Assembly (NCBI GenBank): GCA_010093745.1
Contig: MU006017.1
Coordinates: 1-64,000 of the forward strand
Reading direction: 5' to 3'
DNA: 64,000 bases
From: Piedraia hortae CBS 480.64
Lineage: Eukaryota
Under the pieces are notes generated by a model that was given only the letters and a program-made list of their open reading frames with translations, made no database searches and was not told the DNA's origin. Every line of letters starts with the position of its first letter. Position 1 is the first letter of the stretch. A program made the position numbers and the translations under genes. Below are positions 11,507 through 24,641 of the stretch, piece by piece.

Positions 11507-13015
11507 ATGGCCCAGGATGATGCCGACCCCCGTATGATGAAGGTACAGCCACGTATTCGCTACAACACTGTCGGCGGCATCAACGGCCCGCTTGTCGTGC
11601 TGGAGAATGTCAAGTTTCCACGCTTCAACGAGATCGTATCGCTGACGCTGCCCGATGGCTCGGAGCGGTCAGGCCAGGTGCTGGAGGCACGCGGCAGCCG
11701 TGCCGTGGTGCAGGTGTTTGAGGGAACGACGGGTGTCGACGTCAAGAAGACAAAAGTCGAGTTCACCGGCCACAGCCTCAAGCTGGGCGTCAGCGAAGAC
11801 ATGTTGGGCCGAGTCTTTGATGGAAGTGGCCGGCCAATTGACAAGGGCCCGCCTGTACTGGCCGAAGACTTTTTGGACATCAATGGCAGCCCTATCAACC
11901 CGTATAGCCGCGTCTATCCCGAGGAGATGATTGCCACGGGCATCTCGGCCATCGATACTATGAACTCGATTGCGCGCGGCCAGAAGATTCCCATATTTTC
12001 CGCTGCCGGTCTGCCGCACAACGAGATTGCCGCTCAGATCTGTCGTCAGGCTGGGCTCGTGGCTCCGACAAAGGGCGTGCACGACGGCCATCAAGACAAC
12101 TTCAGCATCGTCTTCGGCGCCATGGGTGTTAACCTGGAGACGAGCCGCTTCTTTACGCGCGACTTTGAGGAGAACGGAAGCATGGAGCGTGTGACGCTTT
12201 TCCTGAACCTCGCCAACGACCCAACGATTGAGCGCATTATCACGCCGCGACTGGCGCTGACGACGGCCGAATACTATGCCTACCAACTAGAAAAGCATGT
12301 GCTGGTGATTTTAACAGATATCTCGTCGTACTGCGATGCCCTGCGAGAGGTTTCGGCAGCGCGTGAGGAAGTTCCCGGCCGCCGCGGCTATCCGGGCTAC
12401 ATGTACACGGATCTGTCGACGATATACGAGCGCGCCGGCCGAGTGCAGGGCCGTAATGGCTCAATTACGCAGATTCCCATCCTCACAATGCCCAACGACG
12501 ACATCACCCACCCCATTCCCGATCTCACTGGATACATCACTGAGGGTCAAATCTTTGTTGACCGCCAGCTGGACAACAAGGGTATCTACCCGCCCATCAA
12601 CGTCCTCCCATCGCTTTCCCGTCTCATGAAGTCTGCTATTGGCGAGGGCCACACACGCGCAGACCACTCGGACGTCTCCAACCAGCTGTATGCCAAATAC
12701 GCCATTGGCCGCGATGCAGCAGCCATGAAGGCTGTCGTTGGTGAAGAAGCTCTCTCCAACGAGGACAAGCTCTCGCTCAACTTCCTTGACCGCTTTGAAC
12801 GCACTTATATCAACCAAGGCGCTTACGAGAAGCGAACCATTTTTGAGAGCCTCGACATGGCCTGGGAACTCCTCCGCATCTACCCCAAGGAGCTCCTCAA
12901 CCGAATTCCAAAGAAGATTCTGGACCAGTATTATCCTCGTAAAGGCAGGACAGAAGACGCAGACAAGGGGAATAAGGATACGCGGGACAACTGTGACAAA
13001 CTTATTGATGTGTAG
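11507..13015 (+). CDS. VMA2: V-type proton ATPase subunit B
   Basis: Motifs [82 protein letters not shown]. Intronless, 502 aa. Confidence 0.98.
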   Translation: MAQDDADPRMMKVQPRIRYNTVGGINGPLVVLENVKFPRFNEIVSLTLPDGSERSGQVLEARGSRAVVQVFEGTTGVDVKKTKVEFTGHSLKLGVSEDMLGRVFDGSGRPIDKGPPVLAEDFLDINGSPINPYSRVYPEEMIATGISAIDTMNSIARGQKIPIFSAAGLPHNEIAAQICRQAGLVAPTKGVHDGHQDNFSIVFGAMGVNLETSRFFTRDFEENGSMERVTLFLNLANDPTIERIITPRLALTTAEYYAYQLEKHVLVILTDISSYCDALREVSAAREEVPGRRGYPGYMYTDLSTIYERAGRVQGRNGSITQIPILTMPNDDITHPIPDLTGYITEGQIFVDRQLDNKGIYPPINVLPSLSRLMKSAIGEGHTRADHSDVSNQLYAKYAIGRDAAAMKAVVGEEALSNEDKLSLNFLDRFERTYINQGAYEKRTIFESLDMAWELLRIYPKELLNRIPKKILDQYYPRKGRTEDADKGNKDTRDNCDKLIDV

Positions 13016-16000
13016 GGGAGTGTTTGATACATGTAGCGTTCTTGAGACGGGCTATGAATGTACATTTATTCCGCTTGGCGAGGTTAACAATGTCTTGTCT
13101 TGTGGATCCGTTCATGGCGAGCCATTTAGTGCAAATGAGATTAGACGTAGAACAGGAACTATTCGGCATCTGATGATCCTTGTTCTCAGTATGAGTCCCC
13201 ATTGTGACTTCGACTCTGCGAAACACATGTCGCAGTAAAACTCTGTTTCTTTGAAGTATTTTTGAACTTTGAAAGCTACAGTAGATGGATGCTTGGACTG
13301 ACTGGACAGACGACTTGGTGCGCTTCTCAGAGATCAGGTTCCTGCTTGATGAATACGGTGCTGATGATGGCTATCTCTCTGGAGAGCATACCTAGACCGA
13401 GAAAAGCATTATCATGCCTCCTCACCACGCAGCCCTCGGTGGTACATTAATACCTCGTCTCTGGCGGGAGTGCTTGATTCTTTCCGTGAGGCAATCCCGA
13501 CGCAGCATGGAACCAGCGCCTAAGGAACACCATGCTCCATGCGACAGTGGGTTACCGGATACTATCATACTCCTTTCAGCTTGCTCCTGTGCTTCCTGTG
13601 CTGATCATCGAATGATTTATGCTTAGGCCCCGAGCGCTGTGCGACAGCTTGCTCATGGTCGCTTTGGCTTCGTCAAGAGTGCTGCCTATTGTCGTAGCAG
13701 TAGCTGGTATCAAGTCATCGCTTCCATAAGCGAATCGCACATCTCGCACTGCCATTCGGTTGAGGCGATTCTGAACGACTGCTGCGCGATGGTATCGCAG
13801 TCTCTCTGCTATGAAGATTTGACGAACGAGTTCTTCGAAGATCTGTATTAAGTGTAGAATAGTGCACGCAATGGGGAAAGACTTTTACTCCGTAAGAGAC
13901 GCGCTCAGAACTCAAACAAAAACCTGCAACCAGTCCACTTGCTCGGCATGCCACCTTTCCTGACCATATTCAGCTTCCTCCCCACTATTGACTCGAGCCC
14001 ATCTTGCCATTCCGTTCGTATTGGACCTTTTGAATGAGATCGGAAGCTCCCTCCTGGTGCCCTACTCTCCTCCTAATAATCCTCCTGGATCACCCGTCTC
14101 GCTTTCGGCTTATAATCTGCCGTTCTTCATGCAGCTCCCAATGAGGTACGGAAATAATGACACATCACCCCCTCTCGTACCTCCTACGCAATGTTGGTGG
14201 GGATTTCGTCGTTCTTACTTTCAGTCACGCCTCGCCTGCGGGTCATAATATCTGCCTTGGCAACGGCGCGGCCCGCAATTTCTTGGCAAGACGTGTTTTA
14301 TGCACAAAATCACAAATAAACACCGAAGACGTGTGGTTGTTCATCCTGTGGACCTGGCTCCGCTGGATTTCATCTCGTGGGTTTCCTGCCCCGAGACTTG
14401 GTCTTTTCAGTTGCGAATCCCCCATCAATTCATGCAAGATAGGGTCGTGCTGTTTAACAGTTTCTCAGATGGTTGAGGCTTCTCTTCCCTTGACAACCGC
14501 GCAGGCAAAGCCGGTGGGAGGCTCGCACTTTTGAAGCAAATGTCCTCTTGACTCAATCTGAACTTTAGGTGTAGTATGGGTACATCTATCCGTAACCACG
14601 GCAAAATTTCCTTTGTAGCTGAAACATTACTCTGTATGCATAGAGTTTTCTAGAATGTTCATTTTTTTCGTGCCTTTTTGGCACCAAGCTCCACTTCGTG
14701 CAGGGATCTCTCTGTATTATTTGGGACACTTTCCCCTTCCACTTTTTGCGCGATAGGGGTTGGGATATTAGTATCTGCATGCTGCGATGGGGTTCGGGTA
14801 TGAAGTAGGGGTTTTATGAGTAATAGCAGAGGTTATCCACGCTGTGTGATTGGCCATGCTGCAGGCTGGGACTTGGTCCAAAATTCGGGTGATTTTCGGG
14901 GTTGGAGTGGACTTGACTCATTATGCAACTTACCCTTCCCAGCATATTTTGCGCGGTAGGCTTTGGAATATAGACCCGCGTGTGGCATTGATATCGGGCG
15001 TGGAACAGGTTCAGCGACTGGGGAGAGAAAAGGCCTTGTGCATGAGATCAAGGGCTGGGATATAGATCTTGTGGGGGCTCATCCCCTCTCTGGTCTTGGC
15101 AAGGGTTCCTTTGTAGCTGGTGACTTCACTTCATGCAGGGTTCCTCTCCCCTGTACGTCAACATTCCACTGGTATTTTGTAGGGCCACAAAGGCATGCAG
15201 GACAGGACTGGGTGAGCGGGACCATGAGGGAGAGGCGCTGGGAGCTAGGATCCTCCATTCTGCGGGAGGCTTCCCATGTTGTGGCCTTGGGGTCTTAGGT
15301 AGGGTGACCAGTGTGGGAGAGGTGTCCTCGCCGGCGGTTATGCATGCGAAGGGGAAGGGCTTGGCGTTCAACGGTCTAGCTCTTGGTCTGTATGGATGGC
15401 TAATATTGTTGTAGGCAATAGGCTTCCAGGTCATCGGATCTTGAATTTAGACCTCAGTAAGGGGTAGGCGTTGTGCATCATTGGTATGATGGCCGCCACT
15501 ACTTCTCTGAATAGACATCTAAGCGGTAACCTGGAACAGACGAAACGAACGATGATAAGTGCCAGAGGTAAGTGAGTCTCTTGTGTTTCTTTTATTCTTT
15601 TTCTTCGGAGGGAGGGGATGCAGGATGCCGACAAACACGATGATACATGCGTATGGAAGGGGGGCAGCAAGACGTTGATGCCAGTGAAGATGATCAGCCA
15701 GAACGTACGACGGCGAAAGATATATACCGACGACGATCAGCGAGACCCAAGACGACAGAAGATATACCTCGATGTCGACATCCCAGCAATCAACAAGGCT
15801 ATCTTCATTGCTCATTGTCTTCTGTATATGGAGCAGCTGCGTAAGAGGAACGAAGCATACGAGCTGTCAAGTTGCAACGACGAAGTGTGGCAAAACAACA
15901 ACGACACATGAAGGAGGAAGGAAAAGAAAGTGACGTGGTTGCCAGGCAGAGACAAGACGATTCATTGCCTGGTGTCTATTTTGGGAGGTTGAAAAAAAAG

Positions 16001-16207
16001 ACCGGGAGACCGCTGTGAATGACGACACGGTGTCCATGCCAACCACTCATAGACATTCACCCGGTAGAGGGCGTTGCAACCGCGTCTCCTCATTCCCCGC
16101 CATTGGCCTGTTGCCAACCATGACAGCGTCTCCACTTCCTGCACCTACCCCGTATTTTTTTTCTCTTCCCACCTTACAATACATAGCAACACCTGTACCC
16201 CGGCACA

Positions 16208-16744
16208 ATGCCGTGCTCAACGTACGCCGGTGTCAGGAAGAGACGCAAGGCTCCTGCGAACCGACGTAGGACTCTGCCCCTCGAGTGGCTCTTCTCGATC
16301 TACGAGGATGAAACGGCTGGCCCTGCTTTGACTGCCGAACAGGCTGCCAACGCCGGAGACCCGGCGGCTCGTGGCATTCTTCAGCCTTCGCAGAACGTAA
16401 ACGTTCAACTGACTGCCCAGTTTGTCATACTCCCCCCACCAACCACTGCTCAGGCTGCGCCCACCTCCGATGGTGGGGATAGCGATAAGGAGAATGAAGA
16501 ACCATCGAACACGGGCCCCATGACACCTCCATCTACGCCACCACCTCCGCTGCCCCAGCTGGCCCACATGACAAATAATGACTCTGACAATAGCGATAAT
16601 TCCCTTGACGACTCCGACTCCGAGTCCGACCGTGATGATGACCGCAGCACGCCGTCTCCTCCCGAGGTTGGTGACAATGATAACACCAACAGCAACGTTG
16701 ACAACACCATTAGACAGGCTGAGGAGATTGAGCGCACCGAATAG
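16208..16744 (+). CDS. Small disordered protein with ABBA, D-box and KEN motifs (candidate APC/C substrate or pseudosubstrate inhibitor)
   Basis: 178-aa ATG ORF with a basic NLS-like RKRRK, FSIYED (aa 29-34), RGILQPSQN (aa 55-63), DKENEEP (aa 93-99), several TP/SP sites and an acidic tail. Confidence 0.6.
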   Translation: MPCSTYAGVRKRRKAPANRRRTLPLEWLFSIYEDETAGPALTAEQAANAGDPAARGILQPSQNVNVQLTAQFVILPPPTTAQAAPTSDGGDSDKENEEPSNTGPMTPPSTPPPPLPQLAHMTNNDSDNSDNSLDDSDSESDRDDDRSTPSPPEVGDNDNTNSNVDNTIRQAEEIERTE

Positions 16745-17240
16745 GGTGCCAGGACATTGGAAGATGAATGCAGGGAACCAGGCATCGACTCCACGGCATT
16801 ACCGGGCGAAGGGTGTCACTGGCCAGGGAAGAGGGACGGAAAGCTGGGGCTGTGTACGTTAGGGCACTGCTCTGCCTAATAGCAAGTCAGCTACGATTGC
16901 AATTGCCTTCCCGATATTTCCATATTGTCAGATCGTTCTATGTGGAGAAGGCATGGTCACGTGAATGAACCTTGTTAAGTGGTATGTGCGATTTATGCAT
17001 CCAGGGTTATCGATATATGCGACAGTTTTTTTTGGATAGCTATACATGCACTTTAGATGGTAAGTTGTCGGCCAGTTTGTTCAGATTAGAGCTCAGCTGC
17101 ATCGCACCCGCATTTGGTGGAAGACAGTGGAAAGTTGAACACCGAGATTGCCCAATGCGGCTGGCTACACGAACCCACCTCGCCGGGAGGATATGCATAA
17201 GCGCTCTGAACTCGTTACATTTACATGATACAATACATGA

Positions 17241-18748
17241 TTACAAGTGATAGTCAAAGTCGAGTGCCCGGTCTCCTGTGCGCACTTTCCTCTTATCCTC
17301 GGCCCTACCCTCTGAGATGGCGGCCTTTTCTCTCGTCAGGTAGCGATAGTGTAACATTTGGGCAGTGATGAGGAACTGGCCAATGCAGATGGCGCCGAGG
17401 GAAAAGCCATTGCCCAGCTTGTAAGGGGCCTTGCGGTAGATCTGGCCAGCAACAATTCCGGCTGTATTTCCTATCGTCTGCTGCATGCCAATTGCAGTTG
17501 CACGTCGATAGTGCGGGGCGATGTTGACGTTCAGCCATGTTACATTGATGCCCGGGCCGGTGTAGACGGCGATAGCGCAGAAAAAGGTGGCAAGATAATG
17601 TACTCCCACTGGGAGGGGGCTGAGTAACAGGACGTAGCCAATGATGCCGAAGCAGTTGGCAATAAGGAGAAACTGGGGTCAAGTCGTTAGTAGCTGCGCA
17701 AATAAAGGAAAAAAAAAAAAACAGGAGGATTATAACATACAGGTCCGCGCAGACGTAAGCGGTCGGATATATTGGCCATGATGACAAATGAGAGACCACC
17801 AACGACATAAACGGGAATGGTATAGTATTGGGTTTTCAGGGTGCCGTAGCCCCATCCCTTGATGATGGAAGGCAGGAAAGTGCTGAAGCCGTATAGCAAG
17901 GTGTCCTGGCAGAAGGAGATGAGGCCACTGAGGTAAATTTTAGGATCAGTCAGTGCAACCTTGATCTCTTCAAAACTGATATCGTCCGATCCCATGTAGC
18001 CAGCCCTCTGGATGGCGCGGCGGCGCATGAGTTCTTTCTGCGGCTCCGAAAGGAAATAAGCATTGGCAGGGTCATTGGGAAGACCAAAGAAGACAACGGC
18101 GGCAATGACAACGCTGAAACAACCCTCAATGTAATAAACCCAGCGCCAGCCAGCTACGCCAGATATTCCGTCCATTTGCAACAGGCCGTAAGCCAATAGT
18201 CCACCGAAGGCACCTGCGATGGCCGTGCAGACGAACAAGTAAGACACGCGCTTGGCTTGCTCTTCACGACGGTAAACCATTGTCAGATAGAGATTCAGCC
18301 CAGGAAACAAGCCACCTTCACACGCGCCAAGGATGAGACGGGTTGCATAGAGGCCACCAATGGACGTGATAAAGCCGGAAAAGATCGTAACCAGTGACCA
18401 AACGATGGCAAGGCCGGTAAGGAGGTATCGCGGCGTGAGCTTTTTGAGCATGATTGCCCACGGAGTTTCTGAGAGGACATATGTCGCATAGAAGATGGAG
18501 ACGGCTATCGAGAATTGTTCCACTGTAGCGTGGATGTCTTTGGGCATGCCAGCAACCTTTACGTTTCCAATGTTGGCCCGGTCTAGAAAGCAAGAAAGGT
18601 ATAACAGCATGATGATGGGCACGATAAACATGTCCAGCCTTCGAAGGAGTTGTGCCTCCTCATGGGCGGGGATGATGTCGAAGCCTTGGGGCGGAGGACT
18701 CTCGCCACTCTGCTTCTCCATCTGTAGTGGTTCCACTTGCTTCTCCAT
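17241..18748 (-). CDS. MFS transporter of the allantoate/nicotinate permease (Dal5/Tna1-like) family
   Basis: Exons 18748-17741 and 17672-17241, with a 68-nt intron at 17740-17673 (GTATGT...CTAAC...CAG). Motifs LLRRLDMFIVP, FLDRANIGN, RLILGACEGGLFPG, GWRWVYYIEG, SDRLRLRGP, WLNVNIAPHYRRA. Confidence 0.93.
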
Positions 18749-19309
18749 GGCGGTTGTATTTGGAGCGATTCGACTACGACTACATAATCTGCAGGGCGGG
18801 ATCAATTAATACTCGACCCAGGGAGGGCGGGGTCGCAGAGTGGCGACATTGGCTTGATGCGCTCGGTGGCCCGAGAGCTAATGAGATTGCTATCTGATCA
18901 GCCACTCTCGGTCGCCGTTCTTTTGCGGGGACCCCATCATGCGACTCTTATCATATGACGTGCATAGGGAACGGATAGGCTAGAACGAGTCTAGAAGGTC
19001 AACCAGACAGCCAAAAATGGCAGGGACGTAAAGCAGCGTGGCCGCCAACACCAAACATGGCATGGGTTCGAGTGCGACTAGCACTCTCTAGGTCGCATCT
19101 GCACCTCAGATACACAGCTCAGTGGCTAGTCACGTTACCAGATACACAACGCACAGTGGACTTGGGTTACATTGAACACACATTGCAGTTTAACATCAGT
19201 CGTTAAAGCCTATGAACATGAATGGACGAATTGAATACACGAATGCCTCCGTCGTAATCGTGAGTCGCCAGCGACCCACATCGTCATATCGTCAAAGGCG
19301 CACACTTTT

Positions 19310-20143
19310 CTATGCATGACCGCCACGACGATGGCGGTGCACGTCGCGTCGATGGGGAGCATAAGCGGTGGCGGTAACAACGTCGGTAACTACTGTGGTC
19401 GCTACCTCGGTAACCACCGCACCATCGTCCGCTGTTGCAGTAGTCGTTACAGTGGCAAGCGTCGACTGGTCCGAACCGGAATTGGATTGGCTGCCCTGTC
19501 CGGAATAGCCGTCGTGGCCGTTGTTTTCACTCGCGCTCTGCGTGGGCGTCGGCATCAAAGAGGTTGGAGTAGAGAAAGAAGAAGTGTAACTCGGGTTTTG
19601 GGTGGCCGAGGAACTTGCGGCCATAAGCGACGAGCTGGCAGAGGCCGCAGCGCCGTCGTTCTTGGAGTCGCCAGAACAGAGAGTGACGGTGATGACGGCA
19701 TCCTGGGAACAAGCCTGCATGCCGTACGCATCATCGGTCGAGTAACGGTAGGCCTGTTGCTTGGGATTGCAGGGACTCGAGCGCGAAATGGCCGTCAGCT
19801 CCCAGTTGCCATCCCATGGATTGCCGTCAACGTCGCTCAAGTCATACCAGATGATGCCGTCGTTGTGGAAGGTATACTCGTACTGCATGATATGCGACAG
19901 CGTCTCATCCTTAGAAAGCTTGATGGACCAGCCCTGGTCGTTGGAAAGCTGGGTCCAGACCTGGGAGAACGTGCCGTTGGGCTGCAGCACTGTCTTCGAC
20001 TGTTCATAGCCGCCGTTCTCGGCCGGCACATTGCATAGATGCACGGGATAGGAGCAGGCGTTGACCACCTTAGCCCGGCCGACCGGGGTCGCCAGCGTAA
20101 CTGAGGCGAGTGAGGCCGCCGCTACAATCGTCTGAAAACGCAT
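19310..20143 (-). CDS. Secreted Bys1-like protein with a Ser/Thr-rich region and a His/Arg-rich tail
   Basis: Signal peptide MRFQTIVAAASLASVTLA. Domain motifs AKVVNACSYPV, GWSIKLS, QYEYT, IWYDLSDVDGNP, AYRYSTDD, ITVTLC. The ATG at 20143 is preferred over the ORF-track start. Confidence 0.85.
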   Translation of the reverse strand: MRFQTIVAAASLASVTLATPVGRAKVVNACSYPVHLCNVPAENGGYEQSKTVLQPNGTFSQVWTQLSNDQGWSIKLSKDETLSHIMQYEYTFHNDGIIWYDLSDVDGNPWDGNWELTAISRSSPCNPKQQAYRYSTDDAYGMQACSQDAVITVTLCSGDSKNDGAAASASSSLMAASSSATQNPSYTSSFSTPTSLMPTPTQSASENNGHDGYSGQGSQSNSGSDQSTLATVTTTATADDGAVVTEVATTVVTDVVTATAYAPHRRDVHRHRRGGHA

Positions 20144-21689
20144 GTTGAAGGAGTGTTGAGGTTTTCGGTTGAGAATGTCTGTGTAGAGAATAGTAACTCT
20201 ATGAATAGAGAAGCGTAACTCTGTGGTGGGAATCGTAACCTGCTGGTGTGGAAGGAGTGTAAAAGAGTGACTGCACAGCAGCGATGCGACTTTCCAGAGC
20301 GCGGTGGTTGGGGGAGGTGTGAAAAGAGGAAGAAGAAACGCGCCGGATTCTGGGTTTTGTAGGTGCGAAAAAGTTGGCGGTATGCTTAAGCGGGGCCCCC
20401 AACAGCCGAATCTCCACATTCATCGGATCCCCGCGGTCCCTGGACCAATCACAGACCACAGACCGTTGCGGCAGCACCCGTTTATTGGGCGGCTCAGAAG
20501 TGATGCCCCGGAACCCTGTCGCGGGGAAGTTCCTGATTGGCCAAATAATCCAGTCTGCAGGGATCGGCAGGGCCAGACCCCAAAAGCATTCTTTTTACGT
20601 GCTTAGCGACGACAGTTTACGTGGCGTGGACAACAAGCGTCGAATTCCAGCCAACGCGACAACAAACTATGAAACAACCCCGCGCGTATGCCGCCAACAA
20701 ACTATGACACAATTCGGCGATGTCGCCAACAACGTCCCCAAGCCCGCAAATGTCTTCCTCCGCTTGTGGTAATTTCGTGTACGCACGCCGAGCGCCCCCG
20801 CTTGTGCCTGCGTTACGATGCCGCGTCTGTCCGACGGCGCATGCAGACACATGGACTCCGCGGCACTGGTTCGCCCTGTATCGCTGCCGTACTTGTGCGC
20901 TTGGTGTATCTCGGTTTCGCTTAGAGCAAAGTAGGGCTAACACCAAGGTTTCCCCTTGCCCATGCCTCCCCTCACCTTGTCAGCCACTGTCACGCCATGT
21001 ATAGAGAACACTCCAGCATGCACGTGTCTCAACGGCTCCGTACATCAGCTGCAGTTTGACGCATCCCTGCAGACCGGTTGCCAGCAACAAGGCAACAATC
21101 GCAGAGATAAGTAGACCCTGTGACGACACCATACTTCCACACCACTTCCCAGCCTCTAGCGCTTTTCCTTTTGCATACAGTGTCCACCAGGCTCCGACGT
21201 GACTGCACCCTATACGTGTTTAATTTATTCTCGTTTTCGGCGCAGCGAGGGCCATGTTTCTCAGAGTGCGCTTGGCGAGCAACCAAATGTCTAACGCGTT
21301 TGTCGTCGTTGGGTGCAAACCGTTCTGGGATCTATCGTCTCGTAAACGCTTGCCGAACGCTTGATTTCGTGTCAGCAGCTGAAAGAAAACATGAACCTCG
21401 GATCAGGGTTCAAGTCTGGGCATGCGAAGACTTTTTCCATTTCCACCCAGCAAACATTAATGCCACGTCCGAAGTCCGGACGCCCCACCCGGCCCCCGAT
21501 GCTTTCTATTCTGGTTGGTCTTCCGCCAACAGACTGTCAGCTCTTTCCTCACAGACGAGAGGAGTCGCAATGTTGTGTGTCACTTTCGGGAAATCTATCT
21601 CTGACCTCACATCGCGTTGTCACATTACTTCCCTATCGCAACCCTGTAAGGAGGACAAACCTAAGCGTCGGTGAAACCTGGGGTTGATA

Positions 21690-22720
21690 TCCCCTGAACC
21701 TTTCGGTCCTTGCATCCAACGTCTATAGAATCTTTAATACTTCATCTTCAATGCTTGTTGTGGGTGAACTCGCAAAGTGGCTGATAATTTGGCGGCGATT
21801 AAGTGGCTCATTGTTGCACTTTCAAGGATACCGTATAGCTCGTACGCTCAAGTTCGTCCCATCATCCGATCTCTATATCCTGACATTGATCTACATCCAA
21901 ATGTCGATCCCCCTGTTCTCCTTAATATGCGGAAGCGACCATCTATATGCATGATGACTCGGATTTCCAGCAAACGATTCCACGCACGTGACAATGACGC
22001 TACAAAGTTTGCCACGTCCTTTGCGCGAACAAGTCAGAACAGACGGACGACTGCCCGTGATACATGTTCCAGCCTGCAGGTTAAGGAGATGACGCACTGG
22101 ATGCAAGATTGGGACTCAACAGAGCCCCAGCATCGACCTCATACATTTACTCAGCAAGGATCTGAAGTGGTAAAGGACTTGGATAATGATCATACAATCC
22201 TTTACACGGGAAGTTCCCAGTGACAAACAATTGACACTTCCCGTTCCCAGTAAGAGCGGTTTAGCAGCAAGAGTGTGGGATGTTTCCCATTTCAAACCAA
22301 AACCAGGCAAACAGTTGGCATTTTCGCAGGCAAAATCCACTCAAGCTACCTGGTCAGTCAAGCAGTATATACTGAGCTCATGTTAGCCGAGGACATGTGC
22401 TGTCATCCTTCTTTTTCCAGCTGCGCTTTGATGCTCGCCCAAGAAATGATACTGACATCATACCGATGACGCTAGCCGCAAGCAGTTTGCTCCCGCACTC
22501 CATTCAGGGAGATGGAAGGCTGGCCAGAGCAAGGGAGAGCTTCTCCCACCCTAGGCGAAATTGTCGTTTGCCGCGGAGCCGCCCATCTGCTCGGGTGCCC
22601 AGCCATATTCTCCGGAGGACAAGAGCGCCACAGCGCGAGCCACGTCAGCCAGTTCGGCACATTGCATGAGCAGGATCGGCCACTTTGACTTCTAGCTGTG
22701 TCGGGAGCAGCCGGTGGTGC
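21690..22720 (+). pseudogene. Possible highly decayed second copy of the transposase relic at 35.9-37.9 kb (N-terminal part)
   Basis: Short collinear peptide similarities across frameshifts: VLASNVYRIFNT vs TLESHDLYARPFNT, MQ-DLGL..EP vs MQGDLGLRKEP, and VSQFGTLHEQ..LLAV vs VSWQPLHEE..LRAV. Judged by eye only. Confidence 0.3.
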
Positions 22721-23471
22721 CATGCAACATGCATGATGGAATTTGTTTGATCCTGCAGCCCGTCAACGTTGGTGTCTCAGGCCGTGACGAAGATTCTTCA
22801 ACCTGTTTCATGACGAAGACGGCCACGCACGCCACATGTCTTGCCACATTGTGAACATGGAAGTAGATGTTACATATGCGGGGCTCAGTTGTCCTCCAAA
22901 TGCTTTCACCATCTGACCCGACTATCACACCATGGCCTTGCAGCAATGCTGTGCATTTCATTGGGACATGTTTATGACGTCATGACTACCCCGCCAATGT
23001 CGACTTTCCACTTTCCAAGCGGCAGGCTGATCGCAAGTCAGAGGCTTCGGTGTTGGACCAGAGCTGAAATCTGTCACTGCAACTCTTTGGTCGGCTCGAA
23101 GCCCTTGCTAGAGTGAAGCACAGCCCGGATAGTTACCCATGCGGACTGATAACATCGAGTTTCATTCCCAGCCTCTACCTCGCCGTGGGGTCACCAAAAT
23201 TCTAACCCTAAGAGAAGGGAATCCGGATGTTCAGGCACGATAAAGAGCGTGCCGAACGAGTTTCACTTCATCGGACCAAGCCAATCACATCTTGGAAGTG
23301 CACAGAGCAAGTTCTTGAAACGGAGGTGCCCAAGAAATTACTGGTGTGAACCTGGTGTCTTTTTCTATGTATCAACTTAATGCCAAGCCAATCGGACTCT
23401 TCCTGAAGGTACTTCAATGTTAAACAACTCCTCGCTTGAACAAATGAAGATGCAATGCAGTCGGAAAAACA

Positions 23472-24641
23472 TCAAACGAACTCCACCTGGTTCCCTTTGA
23501 ACATCAGCTTTGTGCTGTACATGGCGCGTGTATCTGGCTGCACGCGCGCATGGAAGACGACGTCGTAGTGGCCATTTTCGTCGACACGCACGCCAATGCT
23601 GCCAGGAGCGTGAAGGCCCAAATCTCCCGTACGAAGCAAAGGTGACTGGGCTCTTTCGTATGGGCCCTCAATGTGCATGGACGTAGCGTATTTGATGTCG
23701 TAAGTGGGCGAACGAGTGCAGCCTGAACTGTAGAATAAAAAGTATGTCCCGTCCGGCGAGCGAGCAATTGCGGGTGCTTCGATGAGGGGACCGTCATCAG
23801 GCTGCCGGTCGAGCAGAGCGATCGGCGTCCCGTCCGGTGTGACGCCGTCAGGTTGCATCTTTTGCAGCATCAATGGGGTTGGCACTACTGGTTCCACCGT
23901 ATTCCCACATACGCCGCCATTACCGATGTTATTTCCATCAATCTTGTACGACACATATATCCTGTTTGACACGGGATCGAGGAAAGCGTCTGCATCGATT
24001 GCACCTCCAGCAACGATGGGACATGATATTGGCTGGTCCATGGGATCATATGGGCCATATGGATCGTTTCCTCGCGAGACTGCTGCGCCAATGCAATGTG
24101 GTGGTGGATGTGGCCCAAGAAGCTCCGGTACCGTGGCCGGTGCCGTTGCGTTGATGGCATCATTTGGGTACGCTGAATAGTACAAAATGTACCGACCGTC
24201 GGTGCGTCGCATGACACTAGGTGCCCAAACTGTGGCTTTGGGGATGCGAGTGTTGTCAAAGTTGCCTTGAACCGCCCAGGCTCCAACCTTTGGTAATGGA
24301 TCATGGCTAATATCTAACAAGTTCCAGGTTTTGAGGTCGGTGGAGGTTGCAATCTGCACGTTACTGACGCCAGCCTCGGAGCGCAATGTTAGGTTCTTCG
24401 AGTCTTCGGGGACGCCAGCAACGGTATTCGACGCAAATGCCACAAAGGTTCCATTGTAATTGACAAGACATGGGTCTGGGAAATTCTCGGATAAGGCAAT
24501 GTTGACATGAGCATTGGTACCAAGATGTGGGTTGGTGTCTCGAGATTGTGTGTGATTAGCGAATGGAGGTCGGGCATATGGAGGCCGTCCAAGGACAGCT
24601 CCAACAGCCACTCCGGCGAAAGAAAGTAGCAATGCCAGCAT
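23472..24641 (-). CDS. Secreted glycoside hydrolase family 43
   Basis: Signal peptide, followed by five-bladed-propeller catalytic motifs NFPDP, VWAPSV, HCIGAAVS..PYGPY, GAIDAD and GPLIEAP. Intronless, 389 aa. Confidence 0.92.
   Translation of the reverse strand: MLALLLSFAGVAVGAVLGRPPYARPPFANHTQSRDTNPHLGTNAHVNIALSENFPDPCLVNYNGTFVAFASNTVAGVPEDSKNLTLRSEAGVSNVQIATSTDLKTWNLLDISHDPLPKVGAWAVQGNFDNTRIPKATVWAPSVMRRTDGRYILYYSAYPNDAINATAPATVPELLGPHPPPHCIGAAVSRGNDPYGPYDPMDQPISCPIVAGGAIDADAFLDPVSNRIYVSYKIDGNNIGNGGVCGNTVEPVVPTPLMLQKMQPDGVTPDGTPIALLDRQPDDGPLIEAPAIARSPDGTYFLFYSSGCTRSPTYDIKYATSMHIEGPYERAQSPLLRTGDLGLHAPGSIGVRVDENGHYDVVFHARVQPDTRAMYSTKLMFKGNQVEFV

Noticed and set aside
13250..16000. Short ORFs and a start-less open frame (about 13590-13880, minus strand) between VMA2 and the 16208 gene
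   Set aside because: May be decayed coding or transposon DNA, but no motif or consistent gene model could be supported.
19055..19090. GGTTCGAGT T-loop-like motif
   Set aside because: The flanks do not form a T-stem or cloverleaf, so this is not a tRNA.
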